Source of the DNA: Dehalococcoidia bacterium
GTDB lineage: Bacteria; Chloroflexota; Dehalococcoidia; Plut-88900
NCBI GenBank assembly: GCA_965197585.1
Contig: OZ240215.1
Coordinates: forward strand, 1,376,642 to 1,440,641
Direction of reading: 5' to 3'
Length of the DNA stretch: 64,000 bases
Positions 27,596-37,796 of this stretch are shown here, one piece after another. Below the pieces are notes generated by a model. That model was not told the DNA's origin and did no database searches. It worked only from the letters and a program-made list of their open reading frames with translations. The translations under genes were made by a program, and so were the position numbers. Numbering within the stretch: position 1 is the first letter of the stretch; each line of letters begins with the position of its first letter.

Positions 27596-30268
27596 CTAAC
27601 CGACGACAGCGGCCAGCTTAGCCACCCTGGCCCGAGCCCCGCTCCGGGGCACGACCGCCGACGGGGACCGGTTGAGGCTCTGCACCAAGGTGTCGGTGTG
27701 GGGGATTGAGAGATGCATGAAGCCGGCGGGGACGTACTCGCACACCTGGGCCACCGCCTCCGAGGCGCCGGTCTGAGTGATGACCTCAATCTCGTCCCCG
27801 CTATTTATGCCGTTTGACGCGGCATCCTCCGTGTTAATCATGGCCCTGGTTCGGCCATCAAGCTCCACAACTCCCTTGATTTCCCGTAGCGTGCCGCTCA
27901 AAACGAAAATTGGGTAGTCGGGGTTCGCGGCCACTGTGTAAGGTCCAGTCTCGAAGGCCGACAGCAAGCCCTTGCCCCTTGCAATTCCGTCTGAGTGCAG
28001 TACCGGGGTGCCGGGGTGCGAGGCGTCGGGGCACGGCCATTGGAGCCCGACCACGCCCAGTCGGTCGTAGCTGATTCCGCCGTAGGCCGGGACCATGGAG
28101 CTTATCTCTTCCATCACCTTTGCAGGGCTTTCGTGATCGAACCCCGAGGCGCCCATCCTCGCCGCCAGAGCGCTCACCACCCCCGACACCGTCATCGAAT
28201 CCCCAATGCGCTCCACAACTCTGTTAATTCTCTGCACGCGGCGTTCTGCGTTGGTAAATGTTCCGTCCTTCTCTGCGAAGCTAGCCGCGGGGAGCACCAC
28301 ATCAGCCGCCCTCGCAACGTTGGAGAAGAACAGATCGTGGACTACCAGGAAATCGAGGGAAGACAGGGCCTCGGCGTCCAGGTCGGGCGCCTCTCTCTGG
28401 CTGTCGAGAGAAACGAACAGCGCCCGCAATCCATTTTCGCCGCCACCCTGCACCATCTGCCCATAGCTGAGCCCTGCTCCCGAGGGAGCGTCGGAGCCGT
28501 CGACCAGGGACACGTGGCCCGGAAGCATTGAAGGTGCGCAACCCATGTCGGTGGTGCCTTGGCTGTTCGCATCCGACCTCAGCGGGTTCACCCCCGCCGA
28601 CGCCTTGCCAACGTTGCCCGTAATCAACCCCAAGTTTGCCGCGGCCCGAGCAATAGCAGCACCAGGCTCCACGGACCGCGATGTGCTGAAGAACAACGCC
28701 GCCGGCTTCTGACTAGCGTAAGCCCGTGCAGCTTCAATCAGCAGACCCTGATCGACTCCCGTGAGGTCGGACAGACCTTCAAGGGTCAAGTCTGCCAGCG
28801 AGCCGGTCAGCGCATCCAGACCTTCGCATTGACCATCGATGAATTCCTGGTCCTGTAGCCCCTCATCCAATATAACCTTGGCGAGTGCGGCCAGTACGGC
28901 CGCGCCGGTCCCGGGCAGGTGGCGCAGCCAGATCGTGGCCTCCAGGGCCAGTTCAGTCTCCACCGGATCGATGACTATGAGAGTCGCGCCCCGGTCGGCG
29001 GCCTCCTTGACCTGAATGGCGGCCACAGGGTGGTCCCAGGTCAGGTCGCTGCCATAGACCAGGATGCAGCGAGCATCCCTCATCTCGCGGAAGCCGTTGG
29101 TCATTGCGCCCACGCCAAGGGTCTCTCCCAGGGCCGAGACACTCTCTGCATCGCACGTAGCGTCCGTGTGGTCGATATTGTTCGAACCCATCACCGACCG
29201 CGTGAACTTCTGGAGAAGGTAGTTCTCTTCGTTGGTGGCCCGCGGTGAAGCCAGAGCGCCGAAGGCCGACCCCTTGTGCTCGGCGAGTTTTCCGGAGATC
29301 AGGTCCAATGCCTCATCCCACGTGGCCTCGACAAGCTCTCCGTCTTTCTTGATATAGGGCGTCGAGATCCGGTCCTTGTTGTGGACGAACTTGTAGCCGA
29401 ACTTGCCTTTGCCGCAGGCGTTGCCCTGGTTCGCGGGGCCGCTCAGGTCAGGTATGGCGCGTATAACCCGGCCCTTCTTTACCAGCAGTTCAAGCTGGCA
29501 TCCCACGCTGCAGTTGGAGCAGATTGTGGTAACCGATTTCTCCGGCGCGCCCGACCATTTGTGGTCTTTCTCGGTGATTGCCCCGACCGGGCAGACGTCG
29601 ACGCAAGCCCCGCAGAAGGTGCACCCGGAGTCGGACAGGGAGCCGCCAAGGGACGTGCCTATAAGGGTCCGGTCGCCGCGTTCGATGAAGGTGATGGCAT
29701 TGACGCCCTCTATCTCGTTGCAGGCCCTCACGCAGCGCCCACAGACGATGCACAGGTTCATGTCGTGGTCTATGAAGGGGTTGGATGTGTTCAGGGGCTC
29801 GTGCCGGTACTCGTAGGGCAGGTCCGAGTCCTTCATCTGAAGATGGTAGACCACGTCCTGCAACTCACACCGTTCGTTCTGCGGGCATAGCACGCACCGG
29901 TCGACAACGTTGGCATGGCGCAGGCAGATGTCCTGCGGACCACAGTGGTCGATACGCGGGCAGGTCAGGCAACCGTGGGGATGCTCCGAGAGGATCAGGT
30001 CCATGATATTGTGCCGGATCCCGTCAATGGCCTTCCCCTTCGTCGTCACCACCATCCCGTCCATTGCGCCCGTGGTACACGACGCCGGAGTCCCGCGCAT
30101 CCTCTCGACCTGCACCACGCACATCCGGCACGCGCCGAACGCCTTCAGGGTCGGGTGCCAGCAGAGGTAGGGAATGTAGATTCCCGCCTCCCGAGCGGCC
30201 TCGATGATCGTCTGGCCCTTTCTGGCCTTGATCTCCCGTCCGTCTACGGTAAGCGTTATCTCGTCCAC
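27596..30268 (-). CDS. NAD-dependent formate dehydrogenase alpha subunit (FdsA/NuoG-like; 2Fe-2S, 4Fe-4S and molybdopterin domains; Cys-type)
   Basis: N-terminal 2Fe-2S/4Fe-4S Cys clusters (CRMCVV, CLTCP, CIVCGRCVRAC, CTFCGACVDVCP), then a molybdopterin domain (SNCSVGCQ..., NACGKGKF). The GTG at 30268 lies just after the upstream stop. The maximal ORF reaches 30322 but would overlap the upstream gene by 43 nt. Confidence 0.9.
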   Translation of the reverse strand: MDEITLTVDGREIKARKGQTIIEAAREAGIYIPYLCWHPTLKAFGACRMCVVQVERMRGTPASCTTGAMDGMVVTTKGKAIDGIRHNIMDLILSEHPHGCLTCPRIDHCGPQDICLRHANVVDRCVLCPQNERCELQDVVYHLQMKDSDLPYEYRHEPLNTSNPFIDHDMNLCIVCGRCVRACNEIEGVNAITFIERGDRTLIGTSLGGSLSDSGCTFCGACVDVCPVGAITEKDHKWSGAPEKSVTTICSNCSVGCQLELLVKKGRVIRAIPDLSGPANQGNACGKGKFGYKFVHNKDRISTPYIKKDGELVEATWDEALDLISGKLAEHKGSAFGALASPRATNEENYLLQKFTRSVMGSNNIDHTDATCDAESVSALGETLGVGAMTNGFREMRDARCILVYGSDLTWDHPVAAIQVKEAADRGATLIVIDPVETELALEATIWLRHLPGTGAAVLAALAKVILDEGLQDQEFIDGQCEGLDALTGSLADLTLEGLSDLTGVDQGLLIEAARAYASQKPAALFFSTSRSVEPGAAIARAAANLGLITGNVGKASAGVNPLRSDANSQGTTDMGCAPSMLPGHVSLVDGSDAPSGAGLSYGQMVQGGGENGLRALFVSLDSQREAPDLDAEALSSLDFLVVHDLFFSNVARAADVVLPAASFAEKDGTFTNAERRVQRINRVVERIGDSMTVSGVVSALAARMGASGFDHESPAKVMEEISSMVPAYGGISYDRLGVVGLQWPCPDASHPGTPVLHSDGIARGKGLLSAFETGPYTVAANPDYPIFVLSGTLREIKGVVELDGRTRAMINTEDAASNGINSGDEIEVITQTGASEAVAQVCEYVPAGFMHLSIPHTDTLVQSLNRSPSAVVPRSGARARVAKLAAVVG

Positions 30269-30279
30269 TACTGTTACCT

Positions 30280-31974
30280 CTAACCGGGTGTGCTCAGGGC
30301 CGAGCATCGGCCCGCGGGACACACCTTATGGATAATATGAGCTTCCAGCTCGCTGGCGAAATACTTCACCGCCGACTTTATCGGGTTCACCGAAAGCTGA
30401 CCGTGGCCGCAGAGGGAGGTGAGCAGGGTGTCGCCCATCGCGAGCATCTTGTCTACGTCGCCCTCCTTCGCCCTGCCCTCCGTCATGGTCTGGAACATAT
30501 CGAGAATGTGCTTGGTGCCGAGCCGGCAAGGGAAACACTTGCCGCACGACTCCTCGTTGTTGAAGTCGGCCAGTATCGAGGCCATCTCCACGGGGCACGA
30601 GCTTTCGTCGCCGACAATTATTCCACCCGACCCCAGGATCGCCCCTCTTTTCGCCATCTCGTCAAAGTCCAGGGTCACGTCGATCTCCGATGGCCCGAGG
30701 AATCCGCCTAAGGGCCCGCCGGTCTGGAGCAGCTTGATCTCCTTACCCGGGCTCACTCCCCCGGCCACCTCCTCGATGACCTGACGCAAAGTGAGGCCAA
30801 AAGGCACCTCTGCCATCTGGGGCCTGGCGACGTTGCCGGTGAGGCAAACTATGGCCGTACCCTTGCTTCTCTCCGTCCCGATTCCCGCGAACCACTCGCC
30901 GCCCCGCCTCAGTATCTCCGGGACGTAGGCGTATGTCTTCACGTTGTTTATGTTGCTCGGCTTGCCCCACAGCCCCACCTGCGCCGGGAAGGGAGGCCTG
31001 GACCGCGGCATCGCCCGCTTCCCTTCGATGGATTCCATCAATGCGGTCTCTTCCCCCGCCACGTAGGACTCGCCGGTCAGGGAAACAGCTATGTCAAAGT
31101 CGAAGCCGCTGCCCAGGATGTTCTTTCCAAGCAGCCCGTCCCTGTAGGCCTGGTCAATCGCCGTCTGCGTGGTGCGGATAACGTCTCGGTGCACACACCG
31201 GATGAAGACGTATCCCTTGCTGGCGGCGGTCGCATAGCCTGCGATGGTCATCCCTTCCAGTACGGTGTGAGGATCGCTTTCAAGGAGGCCCTTGTCGTTG
31301 TAGGCGCCCGGGTCTCCTTCCTCGGCGTTGCAGAGGATGTACTTGGTCGGGCCCGGGGCCCCGGCCAGGAACCGCCATTTCATCGCCGCCGGGAACGCTG
31401 CCCCACCCCGCCCCCTAAGCCCCGACTTCAACACATCCTCAATCGCTTCCGCGGGAGCCATATCCGAGAGGCAACGGTCGAGTCCGGAATAGCCACCGTT
31501 GGCTATGTACTGGTCGATTTCCGATGGATCGATGGTGCCGCAATTCCGCATGGCAACCCGGACCTGGGGTTTAAGGTCGGGGAGGTCGAAGAGCTTGGGG
31601 AGACCGTCTACCGACTCATCGCCCCGGATGGCGAGAGCGAGGTCGGGCCTCGGGTTTCCACCGACCAGATAGTCTTTGACCAGGGTTTCAGCAATCTCTG
31701 GGGTAACGTTCGCGTAGGTAATACGGGGTCTGCCGGGCGCGATTATGTCGACTAACACCTCTGCATAGCAGAGGCCGATGCAGCCGACCTGGTGTACCTG
31801 CGCCTCGATGCCGCTCTCGGCGATGGCCTTTTCGAAAGCCACCACCACCTGCAGGCCACCCGCCGCCCGTCCACAGGTCGCCGTCCCGACGAATATCCGG
31901 GCCGGGCTACCCTTCATAAGGGAGTCCCAGCTGGCGTCAGCGCGCTGCTTAAGCTGTATGTAGGCTTCCGTCAT
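30280..31974 (-). CDS. NADH-binding FMN/Fe-S subunit (NuoF/FdsB/HoxF-like)
   Basis: SGLRGRGGAAFP (FMN/NADH site), ESCGKCFPCRLG (4Fe-4S), and an N-terminal thioredoxin-like extension. Confidence 0.9.
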   Translation of the reverse strand: MTEAYIQLKQRADASWDSLMKGSPARIFVGTATCGRAAGGLQVVVAFEKAIAESGIEAQVHQVGCIGLCYAEVLVDIIAPGRPRITYANVTPEIAETLVKDYLVGGNPRPDLALAIRGDESVDGLPKLFDLPDLKPQVRVAMRNCGTIDPSEIDQYIANGGYSGLDRCLSDMAPAEAIEDVLKSGLRGRGGAAFPAAMKWRFLAGAPGPTKYILCNAEEGDPGAYNDKGLLESDPHTVLEGMTIAGYATAASKGYVFIRCVHRDVIRTTQTAIDQAYRDGLLGKNILGSGFDFDIAVSLTGESYVAGEETALMESIEGKRAMPRSRPPFPAQVGLWGKPSNINNVKTYAYVPEILRRGGEWFAGIGTERSKGTAIVCLTGNVARPQMAEVPFGLTLRQVIEEVAGGVSPGKEIKLLQTGGPLGGFLGPSEIDVTLDFDEMAKRGAILGSGGIIVGDESSCPVEMASILADFNNEESCGKCFPCRLGTKHILDMFQTMTEGRAKEGDVDKMLAMGDTLLTSLCGHGQLSVNPIKSAVKYFASELEAHIIHKVCPAGRCSALSTPG

Positions 31975-32438
31975 CGGGCCTTCTTTATAATCTCGACTGC
32001 GGCCTCGGGGGTGAGGTCACCATATATCTTTTCGTCAACGATAGCCACGGGTCCGTGGGCGCATGCGGCGGCGCAGGACGTTCGCTTCCAGGTGAATTCT
32101 CCGTCGGTAGTCGTGCCTTCCTCTTCCATCCCCATCTCCTTCTTCACCGCCGACATCACTTCCAGCGCACCCCTCACGTGGCAGGACGGGCCCCAGCACA
32201 CCTCCACGGTGTGCTTGCCGGGAGGAGTGAAGCGGAAGTGGGTGTAGAAGGTAGCTACGCCGAAAACGTCGTTGACTGAGGCGTCGGTGAAGTCGGCGAT
32301 GAGGGGAATAGACTCGGAAGGCAGGAAACCGAACTCTTCCTGGACGTGAATGAGGGATGAGAGAACGGTGATTTCCTCTTTGACCTGTCGATCAAGGGCC
32401 TGAGTGACTCTATCTGTCGTAGAGGCCGTTGGCGTCAT
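31971..32438 (-). CDS. NuoE/FdsG-like thioredoxin-fold [2Fe-2S] subunit
   Basis: CWGPSCHVRG...CAAACAHGP Cys pattern of the 24-kDa (NuoE) family. There is a 4-nt overlap with the downstream subunit gene. Confidence 0.88.
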   Translation of the reverse strand: MTPTASTTDRVTQALDRQVKEEITVLSSLIHVQEEFGFLPSESIPLIADFTDASVNDVFGVATFYTHFRFTPPGKHTVEVCWGPSCHVRGALEVMSAVKKEMGMEEEGTTTDGEFTWKRTSCAAACAHGPVAIVDEKIYGDLTPEAAVEIIKKAR

Positions 32439-32516
32439 GTGAGGTAGTGTCTGCTCGAAGTATGAGGCTGCGACCTATTATGCCCTACACGCGCTTGCCG
32501 TTCAAGCGGGGCAGGC

Positions 32517-33839
32517 CTATCCGCTCCGGTCTTCAATCACCAGATTGGCAATCCGCTCCCCGAGCCGTACGGAGTAGTTCGTCCCCCGGTCCTCCGGATA
32601 AATCTGGGTAGTGTTCGCTAGGTAGAGGTCTTCAATAGGAGTGCGGTGCGCCGGTATCTTCTCGCCGTAGTTAGTCGTCACTATGGGCTGCGCCGCCTCC
32701 TCCCGGTGATAGTAGTACTCCTCGATCCACGACTCTTCGAAATCGGGGTTGAGGCGTTTCAGGTGAGGCAGGTACTCGGCCATCAGCTCTTCACGGCTCA
32801 TCGAGTACATCGGACTTTCCTTGCCCAGGTAGTTGCTCAGATATACGAGGTGCTTCCCGCCATAGTGTGACTTGTCGATGAAATTCGTGTGCTCAATCAC
32901 TGCGAGGAATGGTGTCTTGTATCCACTGATGTTCATCCAATATATGCGGGAGAGGGAACGCTTCAGCACCATAACCACCAGGATCGCGGCGTGGTATTTG
33001 ATCCTCTGCAACGTCTCCGTATATTCCTCCGGGAGCTCGGGGACGAGCCTCGGGAATACGTAAGACGGCGTAGTGGAGATAATCAGGTCAAAGTCCTCGT
33101 ATGCTTCCCCACCCCCCGGCTGCCGGATCTCGAGCCCCGTGGCCCGGTTGTTCTCCACTCTCACTCGGGTCACGGGTGTAGAGAGGTGCACCTCCCCTCC
33201 CATCCCTTCGATACGTTCCGTGAGCACTTCGAACACTTCTCCGAAGCTGCCCATCGGGTAGCCGAGCCTCTCCTTCTGCATGCTCTTGTCCCGGGAGGCG
33301 ACCCTCAGATAGATCTTGCCCCACAGCCAGGCCATGCTGACGTCATCGGCGCTCGCCCCGAACTTGCCGCGCAAGAGAGGGCCCCATACCACGTCGTAGG
33401 CCTGCTGACCGGCCCACTTCACTATCCACTCCTTGGCCGTGACCCCTTCGAACTTCTTCCAGTTGGACGTCTTCTGAAGATAGAGGGTCACCAGCCCCAG
33501 CCGGATTCGGTTGATGAGGCTCAGGGGCTTGAACTTGAGCAGATCGAAGGGGGTGACGAAGTTGTAAATCGTGCCGTCGTGGTAGAAGCCGACTTTGGAT
33601 TCGATCCAGGCCAGCTTCTCTCCGAGACCCAGCTCGTGGATCAGGTCCACCATGTGGGTGTCGCTCTTGAACAGATGATGGTAGCCGCGCTCCAGGCGGC
33701 CGTTGCCAACGTCGAAGGTCGAGGCCTGGCCTCCTACAAAAGGAGCGGCTTCGTAGACCTTCACCGAGTGGCCCTTCTTAAGCAGCTCGTATGCTGCGGC
33801 CAGGCCTGCGGCCCCGGCCCCTATTACGCCTATGTTCAA
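32517..33839 (-). CDS. NAD(P)/FAD-dependent oxidoreductase (amine-oxidase/phytoene-desaturase-like fold)
   Basis: MNIGVIGAGAAGLAAAYELLKKGHSVKVYEAAPFVGGQ dinucleotide-binding motif. Confidence 0.85.
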   Translation of the reverse strand: MNIGVIGAGAAGLAAAYELLKKGHSVKVYEAAPFVGGQASTFDVGNGRLERGYHHLFKSDTHMVDLIHELGLGEKLAWIESKVGFYHDGTIYNFVTPFDLLKFKPLSLINRIRLGLVTLYLQKTSNWKKFEGVTAKEWIVKWAGQQAYDVVWGPLLRGKFGASADDVSMAWLWGKIYLRVASRDKSMQKERLGYPMGSFGEVFEVLTERIEGMGGEVHLSTPVTRVRVENNRATGLEIRQPGGGEAYEDFDLIISTTPSYVFPRLVPELPEEYTETLQRIKYHAAILVVMVLKRSLSRIYWMNISGYKTPFLAVIEHTNFIDKSHYGGKHLVYLSNYLGKESPMYSMSREELMAEYLPHLKRLNPDFEESWIEEYYYHREEAAQPIVTTNYGEKIPAHRTPIEDLYLANTTQIYPEDRGTNYSVRLGERIANLVIEDRSG

Positions 33840-34909
33840 TCCTTGTGGTCTCCTTCTATAGATATCGGGGCCACGGCGCCTGCGCCCGCAGTTGCGGGCC
33901 CGCCTCGCACTAGTTCCATCAGAGAGCGATGTTCAAGCCACAGATACATTATGCCTGCGACGACAACCGGTAGCCACAACACCACGTGAAGCGTCGCCGC
34001 GTACGCCACCGAGATCTCGGGGCTGTACCCGAAGGACACCAGGGTGACCTTTATCGCCCATTCGAATGTGCCGACGTTGCCGGGTGCCGCTGGAAGTGCT
34101 CCCACGAGGTTAGACGTAGCCGTCACCACCATAGCCAGCGCGAAGGATACGTCGAAGTCGTTCCCGAAGGACAGCGTTATCAGGTAGTACATCAAGGATT
34201 CCATGATCCACACAGGCAGTGACATTATGAAGATGACCAGCACTTTTTTGGCGCTGTCCAGGGAACCCAGCCCTTCAATAAAGGTCTCCGCCAACCCCCG
34301 GACCCCGACCCTGAACCGGGCTGGCACGAATAGCAGAAGAATTCCTATCGCCCGGTTCGTCAGGCCGGGTCTCACCGTAAGGGCTACGAATGCCACTATC
34401 GCCCCAACGAACACCACCAGCACCACGGCACTCCCCGCCACCCTTGCCCAAGACACCTCTCCGGCGTCGTTCTTCAGCAGGTCGGCCAAGGGCAGGAAGG
34501 GCCAAACTACCAGGATGAAGAATATAAGGGTTAGCCCGTCGAAAACCCGGTCCACTCCCACGGTTCCCAGCGCCGAGCTGGTACTCATTCGCTCCCGAGT
34601 CGCCAGGTAGTACGAGCGCGCCACCTCTCCAAGACGCACGGGCATGATATTGTTGGCCATGTACCCAACTATCGTCACTGGGTAGAGCCGGGATATCGAG
34701 ACGTCGGCCAGGTGTTTCATCAGGTACTGCCAACGCAGCGTCCTGAACCACAACGACCCGAAATAGACCAAGATGGCCGGAGCGACGTAAAGGTAGTTCG
34801 CACCCTTGAGGGCGTCAAACGTTTCCGAATAGTCGATGCGGAAGAGGAAGAGGGCGAGGAAAAGGGCGCTTACAGCCAGCCCCAGCCAGACCTTTTTAGA
34901 CCTTAGCAA
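33836..34909 (-). CDS. UPF0104 / lysylphosphatidylglycerol-synthase-TM-like (flippase-like) membrane protein
   Basis: 357-aa polytopic protein with the RWQYL and VRLGEVARSYYL motifs typical of this family. There is a 4-nt overlap with the downstream gene. Confidence 0.75.
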   Translation of the reverse strand: MLRSKKVWLGLAVSALFLALFLFRIDYSETFDALKGANYLYVAPAILVYFGSLWFRTLRWQYLMKHLADVSISRLYPVTIVGYMANNIMPVRLGEVARSYYLATRERMSTSSALGTVGVDRVFDGLTLIFFILVVWPFLPLADLLKNDAGEVSWARVAGSAVVLVVFVGAIVAFVALTVRPGLTNRAIGILLLFVPARFRVGVRGLAETFIEGLGSLDSAKKVLVIFIMSLPVWIMESLMYYLITLSFGNDFDVSFALAMVVTATSNLVGALPAAPGNVGTFEWAIKVTLVSFGYSPEISVAYAATLHVVLWLPVVVAGIMYLWLEHRSLMELVRGGPATAGAGAVAPISIEGDHKD

Positions 34910-35004
34910 TGACTGGTACGCCTTGAGGTGGAAGTGATTTCATAGTAAACAGGCGTGCCCCCAGGCCAGCCCAGTTAAAACGATGTGATGACAATGTTGC
35001 TTCA

Positions 35005-35033
35005 ATTATAGGAAGGCCGTCTCTTGTGGGCAA
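35005..35033 (-). promoter_or_regulatory. sigma70-like promoter (TTGCCC-17-TATAAT) for the 34909 gene
   Basis: On the minus strand, -35 is at 35033-35028 and a consensus -10 TATAAT at 35010-35005, with a 17-nt spacer. Confidence 0.45.
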
Positions 35034-35054
35034 CTTGCAGGCATAGACAGCTGT

Positions 35055-37796
35055 CTATTGCTTTTCTTCCGATTCAAACGGTACAGGCCCCAGACGGAAG
35101 AAGACTATGGAATCTTCCGAACCCACGGACTTGTCATCCGCAAGTTCCCTGTTGACGAAGAAGTTCCACCACTGCCGCCAAGCATCGCCGTTTCCCAGTG
35201 CCCCGACGAAATCATCAAGGGGCAAGGGGTCCGACCCGCTCTTATAGGTGGCGAACTCGGGGAACCACGCCCGATGACCGATCCGTTCTCCCTCGCCGAA
35301 AGCGTCCAGGAACTCCGCTGATGCTGCCTCGTTCCTGTAGTGCATCACTATGACCTCGGCTTCGGGCTCGGCGTTCAGGGATGCGCAAGTGGTATCGGAG
35401 GTGTTGGCGTCATAGCAAGGCCATTGAACCCTCTCGTAGTCGCGCAGATACCATCTCCACGGATATCCGAACCCGCTGGTCCTGTCGATGATGATGGGTA
35501 AGTCATAGCCTAGCCCCGTCTCAATTGCTCTCTCCTCGATGTTGGCCATAGTCCGCGTTATGTCGGGTGTGGTCTGGGTGTAGACCAGCATCTCGATGGG
35601 GTAGTCACCCGTCCCCGGCCTGCCGACCCCATATGCCGCCTCCACCCCCACCCTCACCGAGTGGAACCCGACCAACCCCAATACCAATACCCCGACGACA
35701 GCCACCGCCAACCGAGCATCCAAGCGCGGCTTCCAATCGACTCGGGCCAACGCCCTGCCCACGAACCTCGCCGCGAGCAGGGTGATAGGCAGTGCAGTGT
35801 GCACCATGAGCCACGGCATCTTCTCCCCCGCCGCCGAGTACAGGATCAGCGTTGAAGCGAGCCAATAGATCAGGAAGACGTCGATTTTGTTCTCGGGGGT
35901 CAAGGACTTGTATGCGATCACTGATAGGGCTATGAAGAGTACGAGGGCATTCAACGGTTCCTGAGCCGCTGCTATCGAGTTGAAGAAATCGACACTCGTA
36001 GCATCGAACAGCCTCGGAGCCGCCCAGTTGAACGCAAGCAGCAGAAGGGCGGCCACGTTGGCTATCAATAACCTGCTCCGCAGGAACCCCTTGTCGAAAA
36101 TTGCTCCGTACGTAACCAGGACAAACACTGCCCCGAGCAGCATCATGGCCCCGATGATAACTCTGGTATCCGGACTCTCCGGCATCCAGTACGTGTACAG
36201 GACCAGGGCCCCGGCAATTACCCAGAATATCCCCTGGTAGAGCAGCAAGCCCGGCTTCAGTGCCGCCTTCTGCCTCAACAGCAGCCACCCCCCACCTATA
36301 AGCACGATGACGAGGGCCAGAAACTCATAGGTCGCGGTCATAATCAGGTAGTAATACCACGGCTGCGCTCCCCGCCTGACTTCCTGCTGCGCTACCCAGT
36401 ACCCGAGCGACTGCCACAGCCCGCTCCCGAGCCCCTGGCCCGTGTTCGTAAAAAAGGTCGTGAACAGGACTGCGAATATCGACCAGAAGATGACGCTGGA
36501 TATCAGGAACTTCTTGCGGTCCCACTTCATCCCTATGAATATGCTCGCTGCGAAGAGATAGATGACGATTCCCACGGCTATTGCCAGGGTCACGTTGCCG
36601 GAGGGCGCTCCGTCGGGGATGCCGGGCACATGGCTTTCGCTCGCTCCGCCAAATCCGTTTGGGTTGGCGAGGGTGAGGCCGAGAGGCTCCTGAAAAATAG
36701 CCGCCGCCGCTCCCATCAAGGGCAGTGCGAGCAAGACCAGCAGCAACCACGGCGTTCTCCGAAGGTCCCCCATCAACTTCGCAGTATCGATAAACCGTCC
36801 AAAGTCCAGCCATCCATTAAGTCGGGACCTTTTCAGCATCCACAACCAGGGCAGGACTCCCGCGTACACCCCTATAACCACGCCCAGGGAAACAAGGCTG
36901 AATGTCGGGTTCACCCTCCCGAAAACGTCGTATATGTCGAAGGACCATAGGATGGCGGCGACCACCCAGGCCGAAGCGAGGGTGAAGACCAGCGGGTAGG
37001 GCGCAATCCGAGGCCAGAACCATCTTGCCGCGTCGGATACTCCGTCGAGAGTTTTTTGAAGTATCCGTGGGCGCCACTCTCTGCCTCCCTCATTCTCAGA
37101 CTCTTCCCCGGTTTCCCAACCCTCGCGCCCCGCCTTAAACGACAGCAGGAAGAAGAATCCACCCATGATGACCATCAGGATGAACGTGCTCTCCTTAGTC
37201 GCGAAGGCCATCCCAAACAGTGCGGCGGCGCCGTACAGATACCTCGCCTTTCGGCCGGAGGTGTACTTCCAGAGGCAGATGGCCAAGCCGAGGGTCCAGA
37301 CGGCCATATAGGCGTCGTTGCGGGCGAACCGGGTGAAATACAGGATGGACGGGGAGAGGAGGAGCACGAGGCTCGCAATCATGCAGGCCCAGCGGCCCAA
37401 ATAGCTCCGCAGGAAGAATGGCAGCCCCACGAGCACCACCCCGAACACCGCCGCCAACCCCCGAGCCGTCACCTCGCTCTCTCCGAACAGGTTGAAGAAC
37501 AGGTTAAGGCCGAAGAACTGAAACGGGCCGTGGGTCAGGGGGTTGTGCTGGTACGCATTCAGGAATTCCAACGCAAAGAAGGCGTGGATGCTCTCGTCGT
37601 GGTGTATGGCCCGGGTCCCGAGGTCCCAGAACCTCGTCAAAACCGCCAGTGCCACTACGCCGACATAGAAAGCGACTTCCCAACCTGGGAGTCCCCTAAG
37701 CCACATCTCCAGGCGCGCGCTCGTCCTAGCCAGGCGACTTCTCGGCTCGTCGGCGGACATGCCGGCGTCCGTTTCTACTTGGCTCGGTCCAGTCAA
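35055..37796 (-). CDS. TIGR03663-type large membrane protein (GT39/PMT-like N-terminus)
   Basis: 913-aa polytopic protein. The N-terminal region contains the family hallmarks DE (IHHDESIH) and HGP (LTHGPFQFF). It is adjacent to a TIGR03662 member. The start is ambiguous (TTG 37796, ATG 37760). Confidence 0.8.
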   Translation of the reverse strand: MTGPSQVETDAGMSADEPRSRLARTSARLEMWLRGLPGWEVAFYVGVVALAVLTRFWDLGTRAIHHDESIHAFFALEFLNAYQHNPLTHGPFQFFGLNLFFNLFGESEVTARGLAAVFGVVLVGLPFFLRSYLGRWACMIASLVLLLSPSILYFTRFARNDAYMAVWTLGLAICLWKYTSGRKARYLYGAAALFGMAFATKESTFILMVIMGGFFFLLSFKAGREGWETGEESENEGGREWRPRILQKTLDGVSDAARWFWPRIAPYPLVFTLASAWVVAAILWSFDIYDVFGRVNPTFSLVSLGVVIGVYAGVLPWLWMLKRSRLNGWLDFGRFIDTAKLMGDLRRTPWLLLVLLALPLMGAAAAIFQEPLGLTLANPNGFGGASESHVPGIPDGAPSGNVTLAIAVGIVIYLFAASIFIGMKWDRKKFLISSVIFWSIFAVLFTTFFTNTGQGLGSGLWQSLGYWVAQQEVRRGAQPWYYYLIMTATYEFLALVIVLIGGGWLLLRQKAALKPGLLLYQGIFWVIAGALVLYTYWMPESPDTRVIIGAMMLLGAVFVLVTYGAIFDKGFLRSRLLIANVAALLLLAFNWAAPRLFDATSVDFFNSIAAAQEPLNALVLFIALSVIAYKSLTPENKIDVFLIYWLASTLILYSAAGEKMPWLMVHTALPITLLAARFVGRALARVDWKPRLDARLAVAVVGVLVLGLVGFHSVRVGVEAAYGVGRPGTGDYPIEMLVYTQTTPDITRTMANIEERAIETGLGYDLPIIIDRTSGFGYPWRWYLRDYERVQWPCYDANTSDTTCASLNAEPEAEVIVMHYRNEAASAEFLDAFGEGERIGHRAWFPEFATYKSGSDPLPLDDFVGALGNGDAWRQWWNFFVNRELADDKSVGSEDSIVFFRLGPVPFESEEKQ

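Noticed and set aside
27409-27789. 126-aa minus-strand track ORF spanning the fdsA 3' end and the downstream spacer
   Set aside because: It overlaps the formate dehydrogenase C-terminus out of frame and is Arg/Pro/Ser-rich. The spacer is better explained by the alternative-frame two-TM mini-ORF reported with low confidence.
32889-33989. 366-aa plus-strand ORF (also 39569-40651 at 360 aa, 24251-25144 at 297 aa, 37056-37913 at 285 aa, 50412-51254 at 280 aa)
   Set aside because: All are antisense to, or out of frame with, genes that carry clear family motifs. They are Arg/Pro/Gly/His-rich with no motifs and are high-GC shadow ORFs.
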